DNA from: Paragordius varius
Taxonomy: Eukaryota > Animalia > Nematomorpha
DNA length: 64,000 nt
Direction: 5' to 3'
Assembly: GCA_964247055.1 (NCBI GenBank)
Contig: OZ176054.1
Coordinates: 8,618,001 to 8,682,000 of the forward strand
Shown piece after piece: positions 52,281-64,000 of the stretch. How positions within the stretch are numbered: position 1 is the stretch's first letter; the number at the start of each line of letters is the position of its first letter. Below the pieces are notes generated by a model that saw nothing but the letters and a program-made list of their open reading frames with translations, was not told the origin of the DNA and ran no database searches. The position numbers were made by a program, and so were the translations under genes.

Positions 52281-55200
52281 CGTCTTTGATCTTAGGGACC
52301 TATTACTCCTTCATGCATATGAATGATGATTTACGACAAAAACTAAATCTTTTCAATATAACGAATATTGCACCGCCTCTCTCATATGAAACATCTCAAG
52401 TTTGGTCTGATTGGCCAGATTCACGCGGCATTTGGATAAACGAAGACGAAAATTTAGCCATGTTAGTAAATATAATTGATCATATGCAAGTGCTGGCTTT
52501 TAACAAGGGTATTTATTTCCCCATCATATATATATAATATATATTAATGTGACCAGATAAGCTTTTTTTCGCAGTACAGTACTGAGTTTTCGAAAAAAAC
52601 CTGCGCCTGTACTGCCCTGACTTTTGTACTGTTTTTAATTTTTTTGAAATATATTAATTACCTTTATTTATATGAAAAAATTAATGTAGAATTTTATATA
52701 GTATTTAAAAAATTTTTTTTGGTAAATATTAAGATTGACCTATTTTTAATTGGTTTAAATTCTATTTTTGATTGAGTTATACATGAAATCGGGTTTCAAA
52801 CCGGTAAAACCGCTTAAAGGCAATCGAGCAGTGGCGGAAATAATTCTTTCAACTGTAAGATTTAAGCTAACGACCCTTTAACTCAGGGTTTCCGCAAAAG
52901 CAGCCTCAAAATATAAAATAAACAGAAAATGAATTCATAATATTTTAATAATAATTTGACCAAATTTAAAAGTTCGATGTTAGTTTCATTTGTTTCGGTT
53001 AATTGTGGGATATTTTAATTGTTTCCAATAAGCTAATAAATAGTAAATAACTATATCATCTGATAAACACCGCAGCAAAGATCTGGTTTAAAAATAGGCA
53101 AGGTATTTTTTAATTTTGCACTGCGCCAGGGTTCTAAATATCTGGTCACATTATTAAGAAAGCTGTTATTATAGGCCATTTGAGTATATTAAATGGCTAT
53201 GGGATTTGTGTTAAATTTCTGTTGCCATGTTAAAGATTTTTTGTTATTATTAGTAAATTTAGAAAATTGAGGATTAAAAACAACATGTTCAATTAAATAT
53301 ATAACTTATAATATGAATCTCATGGATAGCACCAGACACCTAAATCAAATCTACTTTTAGCCGCTTAAAATACTGAAATGTCTTATAATAATCTCTCATG
53401 TATTTTATTGCCTTATGATTAACTAAAGTTTAAAAAATTTTAATGTTTTAATAGATTACTCCATATCTCAACCGTTTGTCCAAGCTAGTCAATTCGTGAC
53501 ATCGATGGAAAACGCTTTGTTACAATTAGGTTACTGTTATGTGTGGAGCTTTGAAAAGGGCTTTCTAACAACCAATCCCAACCTGACTGGTACAGCTATG
53601 GTTTGTCAAGCAGCCATTGTAGAAAATGGGCCAACCATCGATGAACTCTGTACATTGTACAATAATACGGGCTTGATTAATGAAAAGATGAGGCTTCATT
53701 TTAGCTGTAATAATGATCAAACATGTGTTCACTCTTTACCATTTATGCCGATTCAAGAGTTAGAACAATATTACAACTTTATTATATTATTGGCTTGTCA
53801 CCTATCGCAATCATCGAATGAAACATCAAATGGATGGGAATTTGTCAAGGATTACAACTTATGCTTGAATGAAAATACTGAAAATGAGTACAATATGCAA
53901 TATCCTCTTCTAGTTCGCCAAAACAATATTTTAGCCACCATACTTACCGTGCAAAATTATAAGGAAGCTAAATTGTTGTCGCGAGAAAATTCTAACAATC
54001 GTCATTTAAATTTTGACACTCTAATTCTACTGGGTAAAGAGGATATATTAAACCAATCGCCTTATCCCGACGGAATGTTATGTAGTAATTTAAGGGCATA
54101 TACCATCTATGAAGATTTGATCAATCAACTTATGGATCAAAAAGAGCTTAGGGCCTATGAATTCTGGAAAAAATTCCAAGATTTATCCAACATAGACCTT
54201 GATATGAAATTTCCATTCGATAATTTTATTTCCGATTGCTTTATAATGTCTGTTGCCAACTTGGAAAATTTTTCATTTGTGCCTTTTATGAGTGAAGAGG
54301 AATTGCTGCAGATATCCTCTGATTCTGAAGTTATTTTTTCATCTATTGAACCTAAGATTGATGGAACATTTTATGATAATATTGACCATAAAAGTATCAA
54401 TAAATTGGGTGCAAAGACATTCTTTGAACCATATTGGGACGAATCAAAGCTTTTATTTAACAATTGGCCAAAAGGGAGATGCGTTTGGATATCTAAAGAT
54501 GAATCCATAGTTTGTTGGATTAATGAAACAGATCATTTTAAAATGTTTGCTTTATCACAAAACCAAGGAATATATAAATTATGGGAACGTTACACTCTTA
54601 TTACAAATGTACTTAGACAAAAATTGATAACGGAAAAAGCAGGCAAAACCGAAATTTTATCAACTTTCCCCTCAACAGCTACCGCTGAATATTATGTTGG
54701 TTTCATTGTTAAAGCCAAAAACCAGAATATAAATTATCTAAAAAATATCTTCTACTTCACAGGATTTCAGGTTGTGAATGAACACGTAAGTAATGGAATG
54801 ATAGAAATTTGGCTAATTGATCAGGCCACTGAACTTCCAGAAGATGCCAACGAGGAAGACAAAGCCCAAAATTATCTTAAACGCATGAATCTTATGCTCA
54901 CAAAAATTTCATATTTGCGATTTATGATTAAACATAGTCATAGTGCAGAAATACTCGATGATGCATTCCGTGAACTTAAAGTAACCTGTAACACTATGGA
55001 ACAAACAGAAAATAAACCAATGTGTAAAGACTTATTGATAAAAAACTTTAATAACTTTCCAACCATTACAAACAAACGTACGGCTTTGGCCAAATCATTA
55101 ACTCCTGAATTATATGCAGAGTTAAGTGAGTTTAAAACTTCGCACGATTTCACGCTTGATGATTGTATCCAAGTTGGTCTTAACAATCAAAACACATATT

Positions 55201-56225
55201 TTTCGGGTTTTATCGCTTTCGACGAGGAATGTTATGATTTATTTGGCGAGATAGTTGATAAAATATTGGAAGTTTACACCAAAGATAGAGTCACCACACA
55301 TCACATAATAAAGGAATTATCCTTTTATCCGGACACACTTGAATCCTTTGATGATGAATATGTATTTTACATTGAACTTGGTGTTATTAGAAACTATGAG
55401 GGGTTCCCTTTAATAGCGGGTTGTAAGTTAGGCCACTTTCACAAAATGGAAGAAATGACAAATAGTATTTTGAAAGGCATTTCTTCACAAATAAAATGTA
55501 CGCCATTTTCATCGATTCCCGAGGAATCGATTGATACGTTTCTAACCGAATATTATGGTACTAACTCAATCATTCATTTTTCCCCGCAACTCAAAAAATA
55601 TTGGCCACGATGTCGCGCAAAGCAGGCCATTGTATCAAAATGTTTTTCACAAAGAGACCTAGAAACAAATAAAATATATACATTGTTTGCTAATGTAGAG
55701 GATCATGTACAATGTTTTAGCACATTACAAAACATGGATATCTGGACACAGTTCAGGGAATTCCATAAATTCATTTATGCACTTGAGAATGAGCTTATGG
55801 CCCAGTATAAACTTTCATTTATGAAGCATGATAAATATGGTTACGTAACAAGTGACCCTATAAACTTAGGTGCAGGTTTTATCCTCCGTTTAAGGCTAAA
55901 ATTACCCAATTTCATAAATGTTAACCCAGCGAATTCTAATACCAAAATAATGCCAAACAATAACTTGGACTATGATATTACCAATATGAATGATATTAGC
56001 AATGAAAAAATGGATAGTATAACAGTAATTAAACGTATCGTAAGCCATTACAATATTAGAATAGTGAGCTGGGATGATCCAATATTAGAAATTATAAATA
56101 GTACATGTTTTGGTTATTCAGAAGTTGAAATAATACAACAAATGATAGATTGTTGCAAAGATCTCATACGTAAAGATATGGAATCTCAATTAACCAATGA
56201 ATCATCAAACGATAATCAAAAATAA
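47265..56225 (+). CDS. Three-domain creatine-kinase-like (ATP:guanido phosphotransferase) protein, predicted catalytically inactive, ~1538 aa
   Basis: Exons 47265-47322, 47693-47976, 49160-49415, 49989-50532, 51045-51241, 51774-52067, 52296-52508 and 53455-56225 join in phase (4617 nt). CK-type motifs: ILTPNLY..ISLDKCIRPGVDN, SRIERRQVE, DWPDSRGIW, SLTPELY..FTLDDCIQVG, GYSEVE. Confidence 0.88.
52545..53153. mobile_element. MITE-like element in the last intron of the kinase-like gene
   Basis: 15-bp perfect inverted repeat taatgtgaccagata (52545-52559) / tatctggtcacatta (53139-53153). Target-site duplication ambiguous. Confidence 0.5.
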
Positions 56226-56578
56226 TAGTGATTAAATTATAATTTTTATCATTACAATATTAGGTTAAAAGGTGTGAATTAATAACTGTGGTACAAAAAT
56301 AATTATTAAATAAATTTTGCCCTAGTATTTTGAAAATATTGTGGAAACAGAATTTAATCCTACAATTTAAAATCCCTTGGTTCAAATTATTTCCCAATGT
56401 CGGAAACGGCGAATACGCTAACTCTTAAAATTTTACAAAAACTATAAACTAGATGCAATTTATTAATTAAAATATTTTTGTAAATTAAATTTCCCATTCC
56501 CATCTTAGGCTTCCAGCTTTTGCAAGAGTTCATCTAAAAAATTCACAAAATAAACAATTAGTTTAATTTCAACCAGTA

Positions 56579-56885
56579 TATCCATTTACAGTTCAAATTC
56601 ACCCTTGAACAATATAAATTCACCCTTGAACAATTAAAATTCACCCTCAAACAATTCGAATTCACCCTCAAATAAATAACATGTTTTTTAAGATTTAAAA
56701 TAACCTATATTTTAATATATTTTTAAAAAATAAAATTTTTTAAAAATAATAAATTATACCTAAAGATATATTTTATATTAGTAATTATATTAGTTCGAAA
56801 ACACATAATTTATTTTTAGGGTGAATTTGAAATGTTCAAGGGTGAATTTGAATTGTTTAAGGGTGAATTTGAACTGTAAATGGTA
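56579..56885. mobile_element. MITE, TACCATTTACAG family
   Basis: TA-flanked ccatttacagttcaaattcaccctt / aagggtgaatttgaactgtaaatgg with ~21-bp subterminal repeats. Confidence 0.8.
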
Positions 56886-57797
56886 TATAAATATTATCAA
56901 ATTATTTAAATATATATTACCCCATAACCCTATTCACAAATCTAATTTTTGACCCAACGTAACTTAAATGAGATTTTAAATAAATAAGGGCACAAAAAGT
57001 TAAATTAGTGATTTTGGCTCATAAAACGACATGCCGACTCTCATTAAATAAAACTTTGTATTGGTATAAAATTATTTTTGTATATTCTATTTAATTATAT
57101 ACTTTTTAATCCCACATATATTTATTTAAATAGGAATTTTTCGCTAAAAAACTGACACAATTTTATTTAGTCACACAAATGGTGGGAAAATAATTAAATT
57201 CATATTTTCATTACGTTTCTAGTCAAGAAGATTCTAACCAAATTTAATATAAAAAGAAAGATTAGAACGGTTAAAAATAACATTATATTTTTATAAATTT
57301 CATCACAAACTAATAAAGGGGGCGCCATCATTAAGTCTCAGGCACCACAAATGCTTGGCATGCCAGGATTTATTGCTATGTATAAATGATTAATTTAAAT
57401 CTACAAGTATTAGCCAACATGGTCATAAAACAATAATAAATAAATAATTGTTTGTCCAATATTTATAGTTATGTAAAAAATAATTACTATAAAATTCAAA
57501 AATATCTGATGTTTGGCACTAAGATACAGATTTTTCCAGAGATTTCATAAGTAGTCAGCAAATTACCTTCTGTGACTTTGTATAATTTTTAGATAAAAAA
57601 GGTATGGAAGTCATCAGTTAAATTAAGTTTAATATTTTAAAGAGAGTTTTGCACGTATAAAATAAAATACATATAACAATGACAAAAAATTAACCTAACC
57701 CATATATTTTGCCGCAAATAAACATGAATATTATACATTATATCGTTCGAATAGTTAATATCTATTTAATTTAACTACCAGTTCTGATTCCAAAATT

Positions 57798-58123
57798 TAT
57801 CATATACAGTTCAAATTCACCCTTAAACAATTCAAATTCACCCTCGAACAATTCAAATTCACCCTAAAATAAGTTATGTTTTTTAAGATTAAAAATTACC
57901 TATATTTTTTATATTTTTTAAAAAAGAAATTACGTTTAAAATTAATATAATACTTAAAAAATAATAAACTATGCCATAAGATTATATTTCTTATTAATAA
58001 TGAGTTATATTAGGCCGAAAACACATAATTTATTTTTAGGGTGAATTTGAATTCAAGGATGAATTTGAATTGTTCGAGGGTGAATTTAAATTGTTTAAGA
58101 GTGAATTTGAATTGTAAATGGTA
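57798..58123. mobile_element. MITE, TACCATTTACAG family (close relative of 56579-56885)
   Basis: Same terminal and subterminal repeats, and the same internal cataatttatttttagggtgaatttg segment. Confidence 0.8.
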
Positions 58124-58285
58124 TATATCGTTCCGATACAATTATTGGAAAATAAACGGCCTAATAATAAGGGATTGAGTTTTAAGGAATTTTACTAAAA
58201 AAACTCATGCAAGGCTCAGGTTGCATAATATTTGGTCAGAGTGATTTCCAACGGTTTCATTTATCTGAATATTCGGATAGCCTAA

Positions 58286-59879
58286 TTATTTAACCCTATC
58301 GAAAAAAAAACAAAAAATATACCTTCCTGCTAAAAAATTTAATATCCCTGCTATTTTCTTAAAAAAATCATCATTTATAAAATATGTAAAATAAGGTTAA
58401 CATCGTATCAAACATTGCAAAAAATAATAAAATAAAAAAAATGTAATCAATAAAACCGGTTCCGGAACCGTTTTCGAAATTTTCGGTTTTATATCGATCG
58501 GTAGCATAATAAAGTTAATGATGGGTTTCGTAAATGTTGGCGGTTCTAATTATTAAATATATTTTAATAAATTATTCAAAAATTATCATAAAATTTGGAA
58601 TATTATCATAAAAACAAATATTATAATTACCTTGTGTCAAAAATCCTTCATTGTCGTATACTTGTTGACCGTCCCGATATATTCTTATGTTTGGAACGCC
58701 ATTAATACCCAAGTTCTCACATGTTTGCAAATGTTCATCACAATCAATCTATTTATTTAAAGTTTAAACGAATTCAGTAAAATAAAAATTTATTGATTTC
58801 AACTTAGCTAAAACCAATCAATGGCAATCTCTAAGAAATCTATTTGATGATTTTAAACTATTTTTGTTGGAACAAAATAATTTCTGCTTCCGAATCAAAT
58901 CTAAATTATATTTTAAAAAATGTTCTACCCTTCAAATAACATTCCTTGTCAAATGTACAAAAGGTGCAACCATGTTACAATATATAATATAAAAATTACT
59001 ATACTTCGGCACAATCATCACGACTGGCACATATATCATGGAAAATAGGCAAAAAATCTTGACTATACTGGCAGCTAAAATATGTAATATGCATGGGTTG
59101 ATAAAAAATAAAAAAAATCATTATTGCTTTTTAGAAAATGCTATCGCGACTGAAACCTAAACTTTTACCTTAACTTTTATGAAAATTGTAAAGTTGTCAT
59201 TCTTTTTGTCGACAGAGTGGTTGAATGATATACGTTACTGAATAAAATTGCATTCTTAATTATGGAAAAAGGATTTGTTTTTAAATAAAGCAGATCATTA
59301 TATTTTATAATAGAAACGCAACATATTTAGCCACCACTGAGTGTTAAACCCACAACGGTTTGACAAAATACATTTTTTTTGCAATATGTAAGCGTGATAT
59401 AAGTCGAATATATAATTCTTCACATTTGATAAACAAATAAATATTTCCCAGGTTTAAATTGACAGCTAGTTTCAAATTCTCACAGTATACTTTTATTAAA
59501 AAAAGGGGATTAGATTTAAAAAATAAATTTTAAGCCTGAAATAAAAAAACGTTCAAGCTCATTATTGAGCTTTCTTCGTATAATAATAACAGAAAAAAAG
59601 ACAAAACATATGTTTTTGGTAAAAAAAACAGCCCCCTAACTTAGATTTTCGCTCTGACATAACAAATTTTACCATATATTATAATTAATTAAAATAAATA
59701 AGAAATAAATAGCTTAAAAGTTACAACAAATACCTTTCTCCATAGAATAATACGATGGCTTTTGCATTGTTTGCTATAAAATTTTCCAAATTTGATCTTG
59801 TATCCAATTTAGTAATCGTACCATCAATTCTCTGTAATAGCAGAATAACTAAAAAACAACCAAAATGCCAAGAAACCAT
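58286..59879 (-). CDS. Signal-peptide, single-domain thioredoxin/PDI-family protein with CxxS site, 123 aa
   Basis: Exons 59879-59734, 59074-59005, 58748-58631, 58350-58323 and 58295-58286 join in phase: MVSWHFGCFLVILLLQRIDG-TITKLDTRSNLENFIANNAKAIVLFYGESCQYSQDFLPIFHDICASRDDCAEIDCDEHLQTCENLGINGVPNIRIYRDGQQVYDNEGFLTQAGILNFLAGRVK. Confidence 0.82.
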
Positions 59880-62244
59880 GATTAAAAATTATTGTTAAAT
59901 ATTATTTGATTACATTTAGCTTTATTAACAAAGAACATTAAATTAAGAATTATTGGCAGAACGATCAAGGGCACATAAACCATAAAATTTATATAACCGA
60001 CTTCGATTCATTTTTTGCAGTTTGTTTTTTGGGTCACACGTTTATTCACACTATATAATGTATAACCATAAATTTTTATGATTGAAATAAAGTATAAATC
60101 CAAAAAATCATAAGTTATTAATTTTACTCGTCAATTTGTTAACATGAGTACGATTAATTTTGTCATACTTCATAACTTAAAATAGCATAATACAATCATA
60201 TTTAATTACTTTTTAGCAATAGGGAGTTAAAAATCTTAGCCATATTGGCAAAGGGGCATTTTAATAATTTTAAATAGAAATTTAGGAAAATTAAAAATTG
60301 TATAACAGCGAAAATAAAGATAGCCGATGATATGGCTGATATTGTCTAAAGCTTATACATTTATGAATGTGTAGCCATCACTGACAAAGTTAAAAAATAA
60401 ACTGAACTAAAACTTAGAAAAAGGTATAAACGACATTTCAGAAGTACTGAAAACGTGTAGCCCCATTCAAATTAAATTAAAGCCTTTTATGTTTACCCAG
60501 AGCCTAACAAAAGTTAACCTCTGGGTTTAGTACCACTCGGAGTTAGAGACGCATAAAATGCCACAAAAGGCAAATTCTAAATTCCTAACCATAAGTATAT
60601 TATTCTTACACTTGGATAATTACATTTGAGAGAACGGGTAATTAAAACGATTTTTTGGAGACTAGACTTTTATAAATTAAAGAATGACTATTTAATTTTG
60701 AGCAGAGCGTTAAACTCCAGAGTCTATCCGAACTCAGAGATGGAACTGGGAAAAAAATTAAAGCGCCACTGAAAATTGTTAAATGAAACAATTTAGCATA
60801 TAGAAGGTTTTTAAATTCAATTTTTATTAACCAAATTGGTCATCTTAATCACATAAGTATCAAAAATATGTAATTAATATCCGTTTTTTATGCGTGGTAT
60901 ATAAATATTAATGTGCACTGCCCCTAAATTAAATTAATACAATTTTAGGCATGTTTGGGTATGTCAAATAATCTGTTCAAATTTAAGATTTATATTTTTT
61001 CTTTACTTATAAATGCGTCGGCCGTGGTCGAGTCCTTTTTTAAATTAGTCCCTTTGTTTAACACCTCCATCAAAAATAACAAAAATTTTATTTGAAGCAA
61101 TTTTTCGGTAAGCATATTAAACCAAATGTATTATTGGTCATAAATATTTTTATAAAGGTGATAACCTCTTTCTCATAAATTATCCCTTTCACATAAAAAA
61201 TCTTGTCATTGAGTTATTGGGAAAATGTTTAGGCGCATCAAATTTAAAAGTGGACTATGTAGGAATAAACGTCGGGGATTTTGAATTAGCCGCTATGTTG
61301 AAACACTACCAGGTAGAATATGAGCTTTGCTCAATTTTCATAAGGTTAAAATAGTATATTTGTTATAAATATTTTAAATAAAGGAGCTGAGATTATCAAC
61401 AATAATGAATATAATATTCCGATAAATATATATATTTTGCTTTCATGACTTTTTTGATTTAGGATACATTTAACGTAATATTAGCGCACGCGGTTAATTT
61501 ATTATTTAAAAATGCTTGCGCCATATCAATTTATATGTTATATAAATATTATAAAAAAAATTATTATATTGACTTTTTAATCCGAAAGTTAAAAACCCTT
61601 TAAAATCGAAAGTTTTTTTAGAAAAATTTAAAAAACCCGACATCGAGAGATAGAATTAAATCTAGATTTCATCGCTTAATTGCAATTAAAGCGGAATTAT
61701 CTCAAAAATATTTCTTATATTTACACTAAAAGTCGTATTATGCGCTCTTCCTAAACAAAATGAATGTATTTTACAATGATTTGCTATTTTTTGTTATATA
61801 TAAAATATTTTTAAAAATGAATAAAAAATTAATTTTTCAAAAAGGATATTTTTTATTTTTTCATTTTTAACAAAAATTTAATAAAATATTATAAGGGATT
61901 AAAACTGTTTTAGCTGGTAGCTTGATCCTATACAAATAAAGCCGCAGCATGAAATCCCCATTGGAATATTTTACGGGAGTATTAAAATTTTAATTTTTCA
62001 AAATATTATTTATTTTTTGGGATTCGGCCTTCCGAATTTTAAAGGTAAAATAAAAAATAATATTTTATTTTTAAAAAATAAAATTTTTTTATTAAATAAT
62101 TTTGAATAATTTTTAAAACTCTGAACAAGCATCCAAAACTTTTTTGTAGATTGTTATGGAAAAGAAATTGAGTTAATATGTTATTTTAAAACACTTGCTT
62201 ATAAATTTATAAATGCGCTATGACTGTTAATTGTATAATCTAAG

Positions 62245-63812
62245 GTGTGCGTTATTCCTTTTAATAAGGTAAAAATTGTTAACCAGAGATTTATTTCATT
62301 ATTGTATTTTGGACCATATTATTACTTTAACATGTTTGCCGAAACTTTGGTATACAGATTCAAATCCAGAAAAAATGCTGAAATTAATAAAAGTTTAATT
62401 ACTGATGTATATGGTCAATCTGTCATTATTTTGTAAATTATTTTTAATTTTAGATGTACAAACGATATTTTGTTTATATATTTCAATAATAACATTTACA
62501 CTTGCTCAATCAATTGTAAAAATCAGTCAACATATGTGAATAAAGAATGTACACTTTACCGTTTTACGGTAAATGGTAATTCTTTATCATTGGAAAACGT
62601 TGGAAAATTTGAAAACAATAAAGTTAATAATTTTTTATTTTAGTTTTATTTTGAATATTTTATCATTACAAAACATGAATTTGGGTCTAATATAATTCAA
62701 TTGTCGTCGGTTAACAATCCTGATAAACTTGGTTGTTTTGCTTGTAATACGGACAATAATATATTTTTGATTGATTGGGATGGTAATAATTTAACTCAAA
62801 ATAATTTTTCTGTTGTTTCACTGAAACCTTCTACGACTTTTATGCAAAATATTTTCAAAAGGTAAAATATTATTTAAATTTTTTAGTTTAAATTATTGGC
62901 CCATTTTTGATAAACATTGTATTGTTACAACTTGTGTGTCTCCCTGTACCACCCTAATTGGACTTATTACAATGACAGTTGCTGATCTATCCTTAAATAT
63001 CACCACAATAATTGGTAAAAAATCCGAACAAAAGGGGACCCTATGTCAAATAAAATGCATATCCAACCCCAATAATTCCATTTCGGCATCAATTAAATTA
63101 TCCGAATTTATACCTGAACTATTTTCGGATCAAACTGTGGCCGATACCAAATCCATGTTATCAGATTTGAGCGAAAACATTATACTTAAATGTGAACAGT
63201 TGCATAATATGTTAATCATTGTTTTACCATTGTTTGTACAAAAACAAAATTTGTTGAATGATATTGATGTGGATAATAACGATACACTGTCAAACATCAT
63301 ACTGCTTTTTAAAATAAGGAGGGTATCCCTTACAACTACTGTTTCCGAAGATAATTTTATGCCGTACACTTTGGAACATTATCAAACGCTAGAATACCCA
63401 AATGATGTAAAAAGATTTTTTTAGTTTAGTTTAACTATTGATTCTTTTTCGAAACAGTTTGCTTCGGCAAAATTATTATATGATATAATATTTTTATTGG
63501 GGTGTGACAGACATATTTTAGTGTATTTGTAGATTTTTTAAAAAAGTTAAAGTGTATATTGTATCGCCTTTGAAGTATACAAAGAATATGAAAAAATTAT
63601 ATGGCATGGCTTTAAACACTTTTAATCCGTACTTTTATTTGATTTCTCTCATTTTCGCACAAAATATTTTTAAAATCATATATTTCCTATAAATTATTTT
63701 TTTAGATTGATTGCATAGACGTATCGTTAATAGATGACAAATCTGAGCTCAAATTATGTATACTAGCCTTAGCTTCCAATGGAAGGAATATTACATTAAC
63801 TATACCGATTAG
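62245..63812 (+). CDS. Beta-strand-rich (propeller-like) protein, possibly divergent Nup155/Nup170; both ends uncertain
   Basis: Stop-free exons 62245(or 62332)-62432, 62454-62622, 62644-62861, 62887-63406, 63425-63520 and 63706-63812 join in phase. GCFACNTDNNIFLIDWD and IDCIDVSLIDDKSELKLCILALASNGRNITL loosely resemble Nup155 propeller segments. The coding status is strong; the family call is weak. Confidence 0.6.
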
Positions 63813-64000
63813 GTATCTACTATATAGTATCTTTATAAAATTATAATTTAAACATTTAATTATTGTTAAATATGAAAAATAACGATATGATGATCACGAT
63901 TTTGCTTTGAGCTCATGACTGAAACGAAACTATTAACTGATCTATTTTTTATTTTTTTTATAAAATATTTGATATATATTAACTATTTTTGTAATATTTT

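Noticed and set aside
58921-59000. CTFC / CNMVAPF thioredoxin-like words in the Trx intron
   Set aside because: They need a frameshift and lack splice sites; the gene assembles fully without them.
61010-61050. tRNA T-loop-like ggtcgagtcc followed by poly-T
   Set aside because: No A box, acceptor stem or cloverleaf.
1-64000. Assignment to a specific taxon
   Set aside because: AT richness, divergent proteins and tiny introns suggest a fast-evolving, possibly parasitic invertebrate, but nothing in the window is diagnostic without a database search.

Overview
AT-rich (about 25% GC, estimated by eye) intron-containing animal genomic DNA; the species cannot be fixed from the sequence. I reconstructed six host genes by hand from GT-AG boundaries and family motifs: (1) VPS41, 5' end outside the window, to 18918; (2) a compact MBD5/MBD6-like gene starting 97 nt after the VPS41 stop; (3) PRDM1/Blimp-1 with only four intact zinc fingers; (4) a ~1538-aa protein with an MGCGNSK acylation motif, a ~380-aa disordered arm and three creatine-kinase-like domains that all lack catalytic residues; (5) a 123-aa signal-peptide CxxS thioredoxin on the minus strand, absent from the ORF track; (6) a beta-propeller gene, possibly a divergent Nup155, running off the right edge. 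The most striking signals are: a class of ultra-short 21-25 nt GT-AG introns (one 18-nt candidate) coexisting with multi-kb introns; a 5.5-kb TA-flanked palindromic element inside a VPS41 intron, with near-identical inner arms, carrying two divergent copies of a catalytic-only DDE mini-transposase that itself appears to use a 23-nt intron; and the triple pseudo-phosphagen kinase. The rest is a landscape of MITEs, foldbacks, a Helitron with ~500-bp internal tandem repeats, RTE LINE fragments and (TA)n tracts. All alignments were made by eye and from memory of the families; no database search was run.
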